From assembly GCF_006345805.1 (NCBI RefSeq), contig NC_042999.1:150164001-150228000 (forward strand): a DNA stretch of 64,000 bases, in the 5' to 3' direction. Numbering within the stretch: the first letter of the stretch is position 1; the number at the start of each line of letters is the position of its first letter. Position numbers and translations under genes: made by a program. The notes below the pieces were generated by a model. The model worked only from the letters and a program-made list of their open reading frames with translations, was not told the origin of the DNA and did not search any database. The DNA is from Octopus sinensis (taxonomy: Eukaryota). Below are positions 1-12,493 of this stretch, in pieces.

Positions 1-387
1 ATTTATATAGAAAAAGAAAATCTATCATTTATCTATCCAATCACTCGTTCTGTGTGAGCACCATAGAATGGTGATAAGCTGTCACTGAGATGAATTTGCA
101 ACAAAGGTTTAGTTCCCGGTTGAGTCATTCCAATGTACCGACTCCAAGCTCCTGTGATTTCTGCTTATGGTTTATAGCTGGTAGAGGAGTGACTCCTCCT
201 CCACCTCCTCCTCCTCCTCCTACTACTACTACCACTACTACTACTACCAGTAGCATTAGAATATGAACATTAAATGAAGATGATGATGATGACTACAATG
301 ATGACAACAATGACAATGATGATGATGATGTTGATCATCATCATCATCATCATCATCATCGTCATCATCATCATTTAACGTCCATTC

Positions 388-1167
388 ACTACTTCGTGCT
401 GGTCTCAAAAGACTGTGAGCATCACCTTGCCTGCTGAGGGTTGGACACAAGCCTTCTCTGGAGGTGGTGAGTTATCATACTTCCATTGCTTTGACTGGAC
501 TTTAGTTTCAGGGTTATAGTGATGGACCCATGTTTCATCCTGTGGGATAAGTCTGCCCAAAAAGTCCTTGTTTTCTTGGCACATTGCCAAAAGAGCCTGG
601 GTACAATTAACTCGTTTCTGCTTTTGAAAAGGTGTGAGTACCTGGAGAGTCCATCATGCAGACAACTTCTCCATGTGCAAATGGTCGTGAATGATTTTTT
701 TCCACAGACCCTACACCTATCTTCACTTCTTGGGCTAATTGCTGAACAGTTATGTGGTGATCCTCTAAAATGGCATTCTCCAATTTATGGATGGTGTTGT
801 CATCAATGGTGGAATGTTTTTGTCCAGGAATGGGAGCAGTATCCACTGATGTCCAACCACATTTGAACTGATGACACTAATGCTTAACTATGTCATATGG
901 TGGTGCATCATCACCATAAACTTCTTTCATCTCATTGAAAGTCTCTTTTGGTGTATGATCTTTCAAGTATAAGAACCTGATCACTTATCTGCATTTAACT
1001 GCCTCCATTATAACACCTTAGTTCAGTTCAGTAAAAGATAAACGAAAACTAGTGGAAAGCTGCAATTTACAATGTGACTTGTAGAGACAATATGACTATA
1101 CCAGTACAAGTTTCATTTCCTGCAATAATAGGAAATGGGTCAGGGGAAATCTTTAATAAATACCCCT

Positions 1168-1170
<3 letters not shown>
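388..1170 (-). mobile_element. Mariner (Tc1/mariner) transposase relic, 3'-truncated, with stops and frameshifts; ATG at 1008, probable 5' TIR about 1145-1170
   Basis: Minus-strand translation: MEAVKCR*VIRFLYLKDHTPKETFNEMKEVYGDDAPPYDIVKH*..., then HITVQQLAQEVKIGVGSV (HTH region) and FLGRLIPQDETWVHHYNPETKVQSKQW...SAGKVMLTVF*DQH (first catalytic D, GDETW-like motif). It ends where a (GAT)n retroposon tail abuts. Confidence 0.92.
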
Positions 1171-1233
<63 letters not shown>

Positions 1234-1234
<1 letters not shown>

Positions 1235-1510
1235 GGCCTAGTGGTTAGAGCCATGGACTCGCGGTTTCAAATCTCAGACCGGACAATGTGTGTGTTTATG
1301 AGCGAAATACCTTAGCTCCATGCGGCTCCTGCAGAAGGTAATGGCACACTTCTGCTGACTCTTTCACCACAACTTTCTCTCACTCTTTCCTCCTGCATCT
1401 AGCAATTCACCTGTGATGGACCAGCATCCTGGCCAGGTGGGGAACCTATACGCCAATGAAACCAGGAAACCGGCCCTTATTAGCCAGACATGGCTCGAGA
1501 AGGAACAAAC
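1234..1510 (+). mobile_element. tRNA-derived SINE with V-domain-like core (copy 1, internal deletion in head)
   Basis: A-box TGGCCTAGTGGTTAG and B-box GTTTCAAATC; body matches the copy at 30678-30979. It lacks about 15 nt between two TCGCGG direct repeats present in the other copy. Confidence 0.8.
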
Positions 1511-1695
1511 ATATATATATATATATGTTTGTTCCTTCTTGAGCCACACACATATATATATATATATATATGTATATGTGTGTGTGTATATATATTTACA
1601 TGCCATTATTTATAGCTTTATATGTGCTTCATGCTCCAGTTACATCAAAGAATTATTTCACATTCCCTTGAAAGTTTATAAATTCTTATGACGTC

Positions 1696-1727
<32 letters not shown>

Positions 1728-1733
<6 letters not shown>

Positions 1734-2013
1734 ATAGCTAAACTGTACACCCCTCTCTGTAAAAAGTGGTGGATCAACAGTAAGAAGGTCAGAAGGTCAA
1801 GAGTACATGTAGACTATGTTGATAGTAGTGACTGTGCTGATATAGTAACTATATATAGTGATAACTATACGGTGGGTGGATGTTATAACTGGGTGTTGTA
1901 TAGTGCCAGATAGAAACATTCTATTGATGACTTCAGAATATAACAATATCTGTAAGAGTGACAACTGTCATCAAAAGACAGATAGAACAGTGGTAAAAGA
2001 CTGTTTTATAACA
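1728..2013 (+). mobile_element. 5' LTR of a Gypsy-type retrotransposon relic
   Basis: Begins TGTT and ends AACA. Followed at 2015-2025 by the PBS-like TGGCAACGAGG and then a gag-like frame. Confidence 0.7.
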
Positions 2014-2159
2014 GTGGCAACGAGGAAAAGCAAATTTATGCAGAGTGAAAAAAGAAACATTCACATGGAGAGTTTAAACTAATTCATATGGAAAATCAAA
2101 TACCTCAACAAAAAAAGAAACAAGAATCTTGTTGGGCAAACTTACAAAAATCGTAAAAT

Positions 2160-2493
2160 ATGGAAGACTTGTTAGCTGGGATAGTTGAGTTGCAAGAACA
2201 GCATCAACAACAAATCAAGGAACAATGAGAACAATAAGAATTGCAGCAGCAAATGTTACACTTCTGGTGGAATGCAATAAGCACCATTCATACATGTTAC
2301 TAATCTGGAGAATACGTTTTCACCTGTCCATGTAGCAAATTCCATAAGCGAATTCAAATATGACTCCAAAGATATAACCTTTGAGGTCTACTTTCGAAGA
2401 TTTCAACAAACCTTTGAAAAAGAATGCCAGGATTGGATGGACAGAAAACTAGAGACAGCAGAGCACGAGAAGTATAGTAACTTCATATTGCCC
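2160..2493 (+). pseudogene. Gypsy gag N-terminal relic (stops and deletions)
   Basis: MEDLLAGIVELQEQHQQQIKEQ*... and NSISEFKYDSKDITFEVYFRRFQQTFEKECQDWMDRKLETAEHEKYSNFILP resemble the SISEFxYD..TFExYxxR..EHEKYxNFILP pattern of invertebrate Gypsy gag proteins. Confidence 0.75.
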
Positions 2494-2523
2494 CCCACCC
2501 TAAAAAAAAGCATCTGACATAAA

Positions 2524-2558
<35 letters not shown>

Positions 2559-3359
2559 CTGTGTTTGTTACCCCACCATCACATGACAGCTGATGTTGGT
2601 GTGTTTATTTCCCTGCAACTTAGTGGTTCGGCAAAAGACACCAACAGAATAAGTACTAGGCTTATAAAGAATAAATCCTGGGGTCAGTTTGCTCGACTAA
2701 AAGTGGTGCTCCAGCATAGCCACAGTGAAATGACTGAAACAAATAAAAAAATAAAAGAATATACATACATGCTTATATATTATTTTATTATTTTTTTATT
2801 TATTACCTTTAGTTTCAGCTCTAGGGCTGCAGTGATGCTGGGACACTGCTGTCTGATGCCAGTGCCACCTGACTGGCTCTTGTGCAGGTGGCATGCAATA
2901 AGCACTATTCATGCATGGGTCATTGCAAGTGCTGCCTGACTGGCTCTCCATGCTGGTGGCATGTAAAAAGTACCATCCAAACATGGTCGGAAGGAAATAC
3001 AATTCCAGGAGAAAAGGACGTAATAATATTATTTAGAAGGATGCACTTCTTTTCTTGAGCGGGCGGGGGGGGGACGTGCCCATCAGGCCCCCCTCCCCAT
3101 CCTTGGATTCGCCCCTGGGTACTTATTTTATCACCCTTGAAAGGATGGAAGGCAAAGTTGATGTTGGTGGTTCTTGAATTTATAACATAAAGACGGACAA
3201 AAATACTCCTAAGCATTTTGTCCGGCATGCTAACGACTCTGTCAGCCTTAGTTTATTGTCAGAAATATTAAGGTGATATGGTCATTGCTGGAATGTCTTT
3301 GATCATATATGGCTTTTGAATTAGGACTGACAGCAACAATGAAGTCATTGTGGCAACAA

Positions 3360-4080
3360 GTACCTTACCACAATCACCGCCAATATAACCACCAGTATCA
3401 CCTTCCGTTACATCACTACCATAAGATTCACCATCATCATCATAGAAGCAGCATCACCACCACCACCACCAACACCACTATCAGCACAACTATGACCGTC
3501 ACCACCACCACCACCATCATCACCCTTACTGCCTCCTTCATCACCAACACCATCTCTGCTATAATCACCATTTCCACAGTCAGCAACAACAACATAAAAT
3601 AAACACTACCACTACCAACACCGCGACCACCATCACCAAAACCACCAACGTCAGCATCACTACTACCACTACTACTATCATGTCACCGTTGCCACCACCA
3701 CCATTACCAATACCACCATTATTATCGTCACCATCACCATTACCACCACTACCAACAACAACAGTCATTTAGACTTAGTGTTCTGACTACTAATATCGTC
3801 AACGTTGCTTTCATACAGTTAGCTACGTTATGTGATAGTTTGTTTCCCACCTCTCTGTCGCACATACATACATACATACACACACACATACATACATACA
3901 TACACACACATACATACATACACACACACATACATACATACATACTACATACATACATACATACATACATACACACACATACATACATACACACACACAT
4001 ACATACATACATACCATACATACATACATACATACATACATACATACACACACATACATACATACATACATACATATATA
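3360..4080. repeat. Degenerate (ACC/CAT)n tract (3360-3770) and (TACA/CA)n microsatellite (3860-4080)
   Basis: Simple repeats visible directly; source of several spurious ORFs. Confidence 0.95.
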
Positions 4081-4177
4081 AAATTATATATATATATATA
4101 TAGCAATATAAAAAATAATATTCTCGTTAGATGGAGTACTCTTTTTGTTGAACTTGGACACACAGACCTATTCATTA

Positions 4178-4218
<41 letters not shown>

Positions 4219-4639
4219 AAACACACACATACAGGCATATATGCATATGTGTGTGTGTATCCGTATCTTTTCGTTCTGGGTAGTCACTACATGTGTGTAT
4301 ATGTGTGTGTAAGACTAGATTCTCATTCTCCCACGAAGAACACCCCTCCCTCCCCCTTCTCCTCCATCCTTCCCCCCTCACTACCACCACTCCCAATAAA
4401 GCCGGTAAAAATAATCAATCAGTTTTATTTATTTCTTTATTTTCTTCTTTCTGCTGCTATTCACTCAACACGTGACTGCCAACATTGGCTTGATCAGTTC
4501 GTTACTTTGTTATTTTCCATGTCTCACTCACATCTGCTCTCCCTACTATAACACATACACTTACACGTGCTGAATAAGATAAACCTCCATCTTGATTTAA
4601 CACAGAAGCAGCAAAGCATCAGTTTATACACCTGGTCGT

Positions 4640-5214
4640 ATGAACAACTACATTCTTCTACGTTCTGAGTTCAGATCCCATCGAAGTTGACTTTGCCGTT
4701 TATCCAGCATCATCTTAAAGCTTGAGCACACGGGGTAACCGCCTAAGGGCCTTATGGGTCTAAGGTCTTGCATGACTAGGGGCCCAAATTCTGATCTATG
4801 TATTCTGTAGCTTGCTGTCAATCTTTTCTTCTCTTGGCACAAGGCTGGAAATTTTTGGCAGGAAGGGGCAAGTTGATTACACCGAATCCCAGGGCTCAAC
4901 TGGTACTTATTTCGTTGACCCCAAAAGATGAAAGGCAAAGCTGACTTCGACAGAATTTGAATTCAGAACATGAAGATGAATGAAATGCTTAATAGCACTT
5001 TATCTGCTGAGCTAACAAGGGGCTAAACATAGAGGGGACGAACAAGGACAGACAAGGAGATTAAGTCAATTACATCGACTCCAGTGCGTAACTGGTTCTT
5101 AATTTATTGACCTTGAAAAGATGAAAGGCAAAGTCGACCTCGGTGGAATTTGAACTCAGAACGTGGCGGCAGACGAAATACCGCAAAGCATTTCGCCTGG
5201 TGTTCTAAAGTTTC
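4640..5214 (-). mobile_element. Cluster of tandem or nested tRNA-derived SINEs with Meta-domain-like core
   Basis: Repeated minus-strand motif GAGTTCAAAT(T)CC...GACTTTGCCTTTCATC(C/T)TTT..GGTC.ATAAAT(T)AAG.ACCAG, also seen at about 3120, 9600, 15000, 26290, 44235, 49380-49805, 50440, 53417 and 53645. Confidence 0.8.
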
Positions 5215-5542
5215 TGTATTCTCACTGAAACTCAGAAGATGAACTCTGCAACTCAACAGTGAATGACAACTCTACTAATGGTCAGCATTTATGAGGGACA
5301 TGGTAAACTCATTGGTTGGAGCTGGCTCAACCCACTCCAGGTGATTGTTCCCACTGGTGCTAGTAAGTAAGTTATGCTCCATAGGGAACAAAGGGCTTAA
5401 TCCTTTAGCATTCAGATTTTTTTATCAAATGTAAAGCTTATTTATTCACATTGTCTTTAATTAATGATACATTATCTCATATCTTCAAGATTTCAATGTT
5501 GTATTTGTATATTCTTAGAATGATATTATAGGATAGGTATGA
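5215..5542 (+). repeat. Local duplicate of 6630-6957
   Basis: About 328 bp, highly similar by eye to 6630-6957; truncates the piggyBac-like MITE that is complete in the downstream copy. Confidence 0.9.
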
Positions 5543-5569
5543 TCATGGATCATGATAGCCCAAAATACG

Positions 5570-5820
5570 TCAATACAGAAACAGATACCATAAAATTCAA
5601 AAGTCCTCTGGACAAATTTCTCCATAAAATCCCGGACTAACTTCTTACGCCCAGATATGTCTCCAACAATAATAACTCTTTGCTAGAGTTGGCCATAGTG
5701 TCCCATATATGACTGAGGTGTGAATCATGATCTAAAAGACTTCACCAGGTGGTGCTATTAAGTTAGACATGGCCTGGGCCTATACTGGCTGAAACCTTTC
5801 CAAGTTATCTAAGTTATCAG
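5570..5820 (+). mobile_element. CR1/L2-type LINE extreme 3' end
   Basis: Translates to TDTIKFKSPLDKFLHKIPD*LLTPRYVSNNNNSLLELA (FKxxLDKFLxxIPD...NSL, RT C-terminus) and ends in an AAGTTATCT tandem tail. Confidence 0.65.
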
Positions 5821-6815
5821 GCCAAAATATTCTACCAGTTTTTTTTTTTTATGTAGGAAGTTCTGGGAGTCTCTTATCACTTCTTCAGCCTTTATGGTAA
5901 TGAGGTCAGCATCTCACTAAAATGTATCCAATAACTGAAACAAGATTAGTCGTTGACTTAGATTTTGAAGCTCCACATATTGAACATCAACTACTAGGTC
6001 TAATCCTTGTTGCAATGTGGTGGCTTGTGTGCCTCAATGACTCTGAGAGCCATGCTACTGAAGCACCAAAACTCCCAGTAGGGCCGCCAATGCTAGACAG
6101 GTCAAAGGATAGAAGCATGACTAATATGGACTTCCTCTTCTCAGAGGTAAAAATGAGTTTATGTAGGACCAACACCCCTATAATAATAATAAAAAAAAAG
6201 TAATTGACTATAAATTATAACCATCAAGACCTGGAAGAAAAAGGCTATCCCTTGGGAAAGACATGATATTGTAGCAGAGCTGAAAAAGCAGGGATACAAC
6301 TGGGGAGAAACAGAAAAGATAGCCCAAGGTTGAGAACAGAAGAGAGAAGTCATTGATGGCCTTATACTCCATAGCAGCATAGGCCCTCTGAAATCTTGAA
6401 TTAGTATCCAGCATGCTGGAAGACTACTGGGAGCGAGGCATCCCTTAGCTTTTATCAAAGCACGTCTCTTCAAACCTATTTCAAACTCAGGCTGTGTCTG
6501 CTCCGATAATCAGTGGAAATTTGGTCAGCGAATCCTCTGTGATGGTCAACAGTTGACAGCAAGATGAGCTGCTATGGATCACGATAGCCCAAAATGTGTA
6601 TGCATGTGACTGGGGACTACTTGTGAACTTGTATTCTCACTGAAACTCAGAACATGAACTCTGCAACTCAACAGTGAATGACAACTCTGCTAGTGGTCAG
6701 CATTTATGAGAGACATGGTAAATTCGTTGGTTGGAGCTGGCTCAACCCACCTCAGGTGAATGTTCCCACTGGTACTAGTAAGTAAGTTATACTCCATAGG
6801 GAACAAAAGGCTTAA

Positions 6816-7035
6816 CTCTTTAGCATTCATATTTCTTTATCAAATGTAAAGCTTATTTATTCACTTTGTTTTTAATTAATGATGCATTATCTCATATCTT
6901 CAAGATTTCAATGTTGTATTTGTATATTTTTAGAATGATATTGTAGGATAGGTATGAAAGGCCAGACGTAGCCAGCTTTAACATAAAACAGATAGAATGT
7001 TTGGGGCAGGTATGGCTTGTTTGAATGCTAAAGAG
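6816..7035. mobile_element. piggyBac-like MITE family A
   Basis: TTAA on both sides (6812-6815, 7036-7039); TIR CTCTTTAGCATTC / GAATGCTAAAGAG. Related copies at about 19050-19222 and 52378-52609. Confidence 0.8.
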
Positions 7036-7799
7036 TTAAGTATGCATTAAAAATGTTCTCACCAAACACCCTGGATATTTGGCACCCTACTGTTTTTCTT
7101 TTGTTTTTCTATTTTTTTTTTCTTTTTACGTGGCACTCACCTTAGTAACAGAGAATAGAAAGGAAGACCAACATTTTTGCAACATAAGTATCCTTTCTTT
7201 CAGCTAAAACTGATGCCATAAAGAGAAATACTGTTCCCTGTTGCTGGTGCTAGATAATAATGTATATTTGATAAGTGTTTTCTGTGAAATGTTACTGTAC
7301 AGTGTTGAGTGTGAAAACTGCCAAAGGGCAAAACCCTTGTAGGAAGGAAATGGTGTGGCAGCAGGAGCAACAGCAGCAGCGGCAACAACAACAACAGCAA
7401 CAAAAAGTGCAACAGCAACTGCATCAGCAACCTTATCAGTAGTAGTAATTGAGAAATTAGAAAAACAACAACATACAGCTAAGGCATTATTAATGCATAG
7501 TGAGTGAAACAAATCTTGTAGGCATACCACTGTTACAGCAACATTTTTGAGCTCACAAGAGAGCCTCTACATGGTCGTTCAATTTGCTAGACATAGCAGC
7601 TAAATATTTTACTTATCACAACCTAATATCTCACATAGGAAAGAACACATTAGGTAAGGCAATCCAAAGTAACCCTAAAATAAAAAGTTGCGATATGATG
7701 GTCAGAGCTGGAATGTCTCTGATCATAGGTCTCCTCAATCAGAAATGACCTGAAAATATAAAACAAAAACATTATCATTTGTTGCGGATACACAACACA

Positions 7800-9560
7800 G
7801 CCCCAACACACTGCTGCCAATCCCAACATTATCAATAGCACTATATACATTACATGATACAATGTACTGTTTATACATTATCAATATAATCAACATTATG
7901 GCTATATTATACCACAGCTGTAACAACATAAATTTTAAATATATCACCATTATTAACAAAAATCTTGTAGTTAATAAAATATAAACTGCCAAACCAAGCA
8001 CTAATATTTTGAATTATCAATATTTATGGTAACTCAAACAACAGTAATTGATACATCATCAGAAATGTTTGTTATATTAATAATTGACCGACCACTATGG
8101 TAGCAGTTACACTATAGCAATAAAATATCACTGAAAATCAACATTATCAACTGCTACCATGATAGATACTTACTCAGAAGTTATAACATACCACTGATGT
8201 ATTAATATTATCATCCTCTGCAATGGTAGGTACTATCATAGTGGCTACAACATACCACTGGTCAGTGGCAGCTCATGTATAGGCACTGTGGAACTGCAAC
8301 ACCCCCTATTTCCACTCGATATTACTGATAACATTCAATATAATGAGTCCTTTTTTCTTTAATTCTTTCTTTATACTTGTACATTATATAATCCTTAAGC
8401 TTAATGTCAGTAGCCATTCCCTAGTTTATGAAAAAAATACAAAAATCCTTGTATAGAACTGTGCACTTCACAGTTCCGGCAATGCAGTGTTTGGCTGTTG
8501 TGTGCATGCTCACATGTCCGAGATAGGAAACTGCATGCTAGGGAGAGAGAGCACTGAGGTTCACACAGTGCCAACCCTGGTGTGCTGGTGAAAGGTAGTG
8601 TTTCTTTTTGATTCCACGTGTGTTGTGCTTAAAAACATGTTTATATTTTTGAATGTGATAAAGTGTAGAATTAGATTATTATCCTGCTTCCAGCTATAGT
8701 GTTGCTGCTGGGATTTGTAAAATAGGGCAGATTTCCCCACCTTATTTTGTGATTTAGGGGGGACTTTTGAAAAACAAGGGAGAATTTGTGACAGCGTTCA
8801 GTGAACAAATTAAACACACTACCCAGCAGTGGCTAAAACGTGAACCAATCAAGTTTATGTGTAGACTTTCTTTTTATATGTCTGTTTCCTTTTAAACAAT
8901 ATTAAAACAACAGCTAAAAGTTTTTCTGAAGCAGCACCCCCACTAATTTTGTCTACGAGCCTGCCACTGCACTGGTACATCAACATTACCAGCTGCTACA
9001 ATGGTAGGTAGTCAGTGCTAATGTAGTAACTTGAACATACTACTGGTATGCTTATATTATCATTCACAACAGTAATGGTTACAAACATACTCGTAGCTAC
9101 AATATACTACCAATATACCAGTATTATCAATCACTACGGTAGTAGGTACTAACATGATAATTACTACAACATATGAATGATATATCAACATTATTAATCA
9201 CTATAGTCAGAGTCTCTACTGTAGTAACAGCTACACTATGTCATTAATACACCAACATTATCAAGTGTTACACTGCTACTTACAAACACAATATTAGCTG
9301 CAACATGCTATTCATATTGCAACATAATTAACAGCTGTGCTAACACCTACTATCACAATTGTAGCTACAATGTACCACTGGTGTGCTCACATTATTAACT
9401 ACTATATTTAGTTGAGAGAGCCAGAGTTACAGCATGGCACTGATTATACCGGCATTATCAACTTCAGTAGTAACTACCAACACACAGCAACAACACACGC
9501 TGACATTATGAGTACCAGCATTATCAACAGTTACAGTATTAGCTACAACATGCTGCTGAT
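7800..9560. repeat. Ancient degenerate minisatellite, period about 66 bp
   Basis: CATTATCAA-like anchors recur about 62-67 bp apart (near 9057, 9123, 9190, 9256, 9391, 9453, 9518), together with TACAACATACCACTGGT-like motifs. Confidence 0.6.
8263..8969. mobile_element. Non-autonomous hAT-like DNA element inserted in the minisatellite
   Basis: Termini CAGTGGCAG / CTGCCACTG, flanked by CCACTGGT (left) and CACTGGTA (right), a near 8-bp TSD. Confidence 0.55.
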
Positions 9561-9949
9561 ATACAAATATTGGCTTCAAATTTTGGCACAAGTCCAGCAA
9601 TTTACATCGAGCCCAGTGCTCAACCGGTATTTATTTTATCAACTCCAAAAAGATGAAAGGCAAAGTCGACCCCAGTATAATTTGAACCCAGAATGTAGAG
9701 ACAAGACAAGACAGCTAAGCATTTTGTCCAATGTACTAATGATTCTGTCAGCTCACCATCTTACTAATGTACAAATATTATCAACAACTTCAGCAAAAGC
9801 TATATATGGCTATGGTACATCAACACTTAGAATTTGTATAATTAGTTTGGAACCTCCATCTTGTCCAGAATATTGATCTGCTGGAAGCTGTCCAAAGACA
9901 TGCAACCAGATAAATTACCATCTGTCAGTTACTTACCATTTCTTGAATG

Positions 9950-10465
9950 TATTGCTACTCTGGGTATCGGCATGCTAATGCTTCGGTGTCTAGAAGCTGA
10001 CTTGTTAGAAGCCACATAATTATCCACCATATTTCCAACAACAAACTTTGGTCACCCTTTCTAATTCAATATCTCTACTACTCATGGACATGCTTATAAA
10101 ATCTATAAGTTGCTCAGCACCCATGACTTTTGGGAACATTTTTTCATGCTCAGAATTATCAAAGCAAGGAATTAACTACCAGTTGTTAGCTTTCAGGATA
10201 TTGCACTCTTCAAAAATTCTATGCTTCCCAAAATTCACCAACACAACTCCTGATTTTCCCACACACCACCTCCTTTCCTCTTTATGGCTCTTTTATTTTC
10301 TACTCTCTGTCTTTTTCTGTTTCATTCAGTGTACTGTACATGTGTTTCTAGCTTTCATTGTTGTTTTTCTTTAATTGACTAATATGTCTGCTTTCTGTCC
10401 ATTTCTTTTCATTTTTTCTGACAAGTTTTAGTGCACCCGAGAACTGTATACAGTATGCTCATTAT
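9950..10465 (+). mobile_element. Diverged CR1/L2-type LINE 3' end
   Basis: Aligns by eye with 18121-18605; ends GTGCACCCGAGAACTGTATACAG...(ATT)n. Confidence 0.65.
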
Positions 10466-11187
10466 TATTGTTGCTGTTGTTAGTTCGTCTGCCTTCAAGT
10501 TCTGAGTTCAAATGCTGCCAAGGTCAACTTTGTCTGTCATCATTTTGAGGTCAATAAATTAAGTACCAGTTGCATACTGGAATCGATCTAATCGTCTGTG
10601 TCTAGAGTAGAAAAAAAAATATTATCAACTATATTATCAATTGAACCCAGAATCATCGTCATCGTTTAACGTCCGCTTTCCATGCTAGCATGGGTTGGAT
10701 GATTTGACTGAGGTCTAGCGAACCAGACTCCAATCTGATCTGGCAGAGTTTCTACAGCTGGATGCTCTTCCTAATGCCAGCCTCTCCAAGAGTGTAGTGA
10801 GTGCTTTTACATGCCACCGGCACGAGGGCCAGTTAGGTGGTACTGGCAACGGCCATGCTCAAATGGTGTTTTTTATGTGCCACCTGCACAGGAGCCAGTC
10901 CAGCAGCACTGGCAATGTAAAGACAAACAAAATGCTGCTAGACATTACATCCAACATGTTAATGATTCTGCTGGTTCATTGTCTTAACTGTGTATAAATA
11001 TTGGGTGAAAAAAGTCTTTGGATTGGAAAAGTCAAAAGGAGTTTTGTGCAACTTGAACTGACATCTCTTGTAAACATAAAAATTTGTATGAAGGCAATGA
11101 TACATTGATACACACACATGCACACATATGCAAGCATGCATACACACATGCAAGTATGCACACATACACACAAATATACATACCTAC

Positions 11188-11220
<33 letters not shown>

Positions 11221-11245
11221 ATATCTCGTTATCATCATATATACC

Positions 11246-11276
<31 letters not shown>

Positions 11277-11699
11277 CGTTATCATCATCATCATCATCAT
11301 TTAGCATCTGCTTTCCATGCTGGCATAACCACATGCTGTCAATAATGATGGCTAATTGTAGTATTTTATATATAAACAAGGTGCAAAGTAAGTATTTTGT
11401 ATGCAAAATAAGTATTCTATAAAATTTGTATGTATGATTATCATACACACAAATATTCACATGTTTCCCTTGTACACACACACACATACACATATATACT
11501 CACACAGAGTTGAAACACTGATATTTTCCACCCGTTCCTTCCTTATTCATCTATCACCTCTTCCTTTCTCTCATTGCTATTACTTTCTCTCAGTCCCTTT
11601 CAGTCAGGGATGTTACTCTCACTACATCTCCTTCACTGCATTACTATTTTCTCTCTTCCTCTGTATCCGGTGTGATTCTGGACAAATATATATATATAT

Positions 11700-12110
11700 T
11701 TTCTCTTATTTGTTTCAGTCATTTGACTGTGGCTATGCTGGAGCACCACCTTTAGTCAAACAAATCAACCCAACTTATTCTTTGTAAGCCTAGTAATTAT
11801 TCTATCAGTTTCTTTTGACGAGCTGCTAAGTTACAGGGATATAGACATACCAACATCTGTTGTCAAGTGATGATGGGGGGACAAATGCAAGCACACGAAC
11901 ACATACACACGCACGCGCACACACACACACACACACACACACAGATACGACAGGCTTCTTTCAGTTTCCATCTACCAAATCCACACGCAAGGCTTTGGTT
12001 GGCCCGAAGCTATAGTAGAATACACATGCCCAAGGTGCTACATAGTGGGACTGAACCCAGAACTATGTGGTTGATGAACAAGCTACTTACCACACACCCA
12101 CTCCTGCGCC
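11700..12110 (-). mobile_element. CORE-SINE, full length
   Basis: Reverse complement of the family at 55562-55978. Confidence 0.85.
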
Positions 12111-12189
12111 TATACAAATATATAAAAGCACTACACTTATTATTATATAAGGATATCTATATCTATCTATCTATCTATCTATCAAGCTC

Positions 12190-12436
12190 TCTCTCTCCCC
12201 TACTGTCCCTCTAGCGTCTGACCACTGCCCGAAGTCAGGACGCCATGATAGATCGTTAGCTCTTACACGCATTTTTTTCTCTCCTTGTTTCCTTTCTGTA
12301 TATCTTTCTGTCGAAGAGCGTAGGCTCGAAACGTAAAAGACTTGTTCTATTTCTATTCCTGAGCACCATACTAATACATTTGTTTGTTTGTACTCCACCT
12401 GCCTTCGTCTTTTGTTTATTTTCGTAAACCTTCCCG

Positions 12437-12440
<4 letters not shown>
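12190..12440 (+). mobile_element. Penelope-like element terminal (pLTR) fragment with hammerhead-like motif
   Basis: CpG-rich insert between microsatellites containing TCTTT-CTGTCGAA-GAGC-GTAG-GCTC-GAAAC-GTA-AAAGA at 12303-12340. Confidence 0.6.

Positions 12441-12486
<46 letters not shown>

Positions 12487-12493
<7 letters not shown>

Noticed and set aside
3309-4551. His/Thr- and MYVC-repeat ORFs (also at 11-16 kb, 24-26 kb, 48.8 kb and 59 kb)
   Set aside because: Translations of (ACC)n, (TACA)n, (TA)n and (CA)n microsatellites.
7330-7450. Poly-Gln or Ala/Thr coding exon
   Set aside because: Imperfect (CAG/CAA)n tract with nearby stops and no convincing splice pair.
9412-9876. 154-aa ORF
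   Set aside because: Starts at a non-ATG codon in the minisatellite and runs through a SINE.
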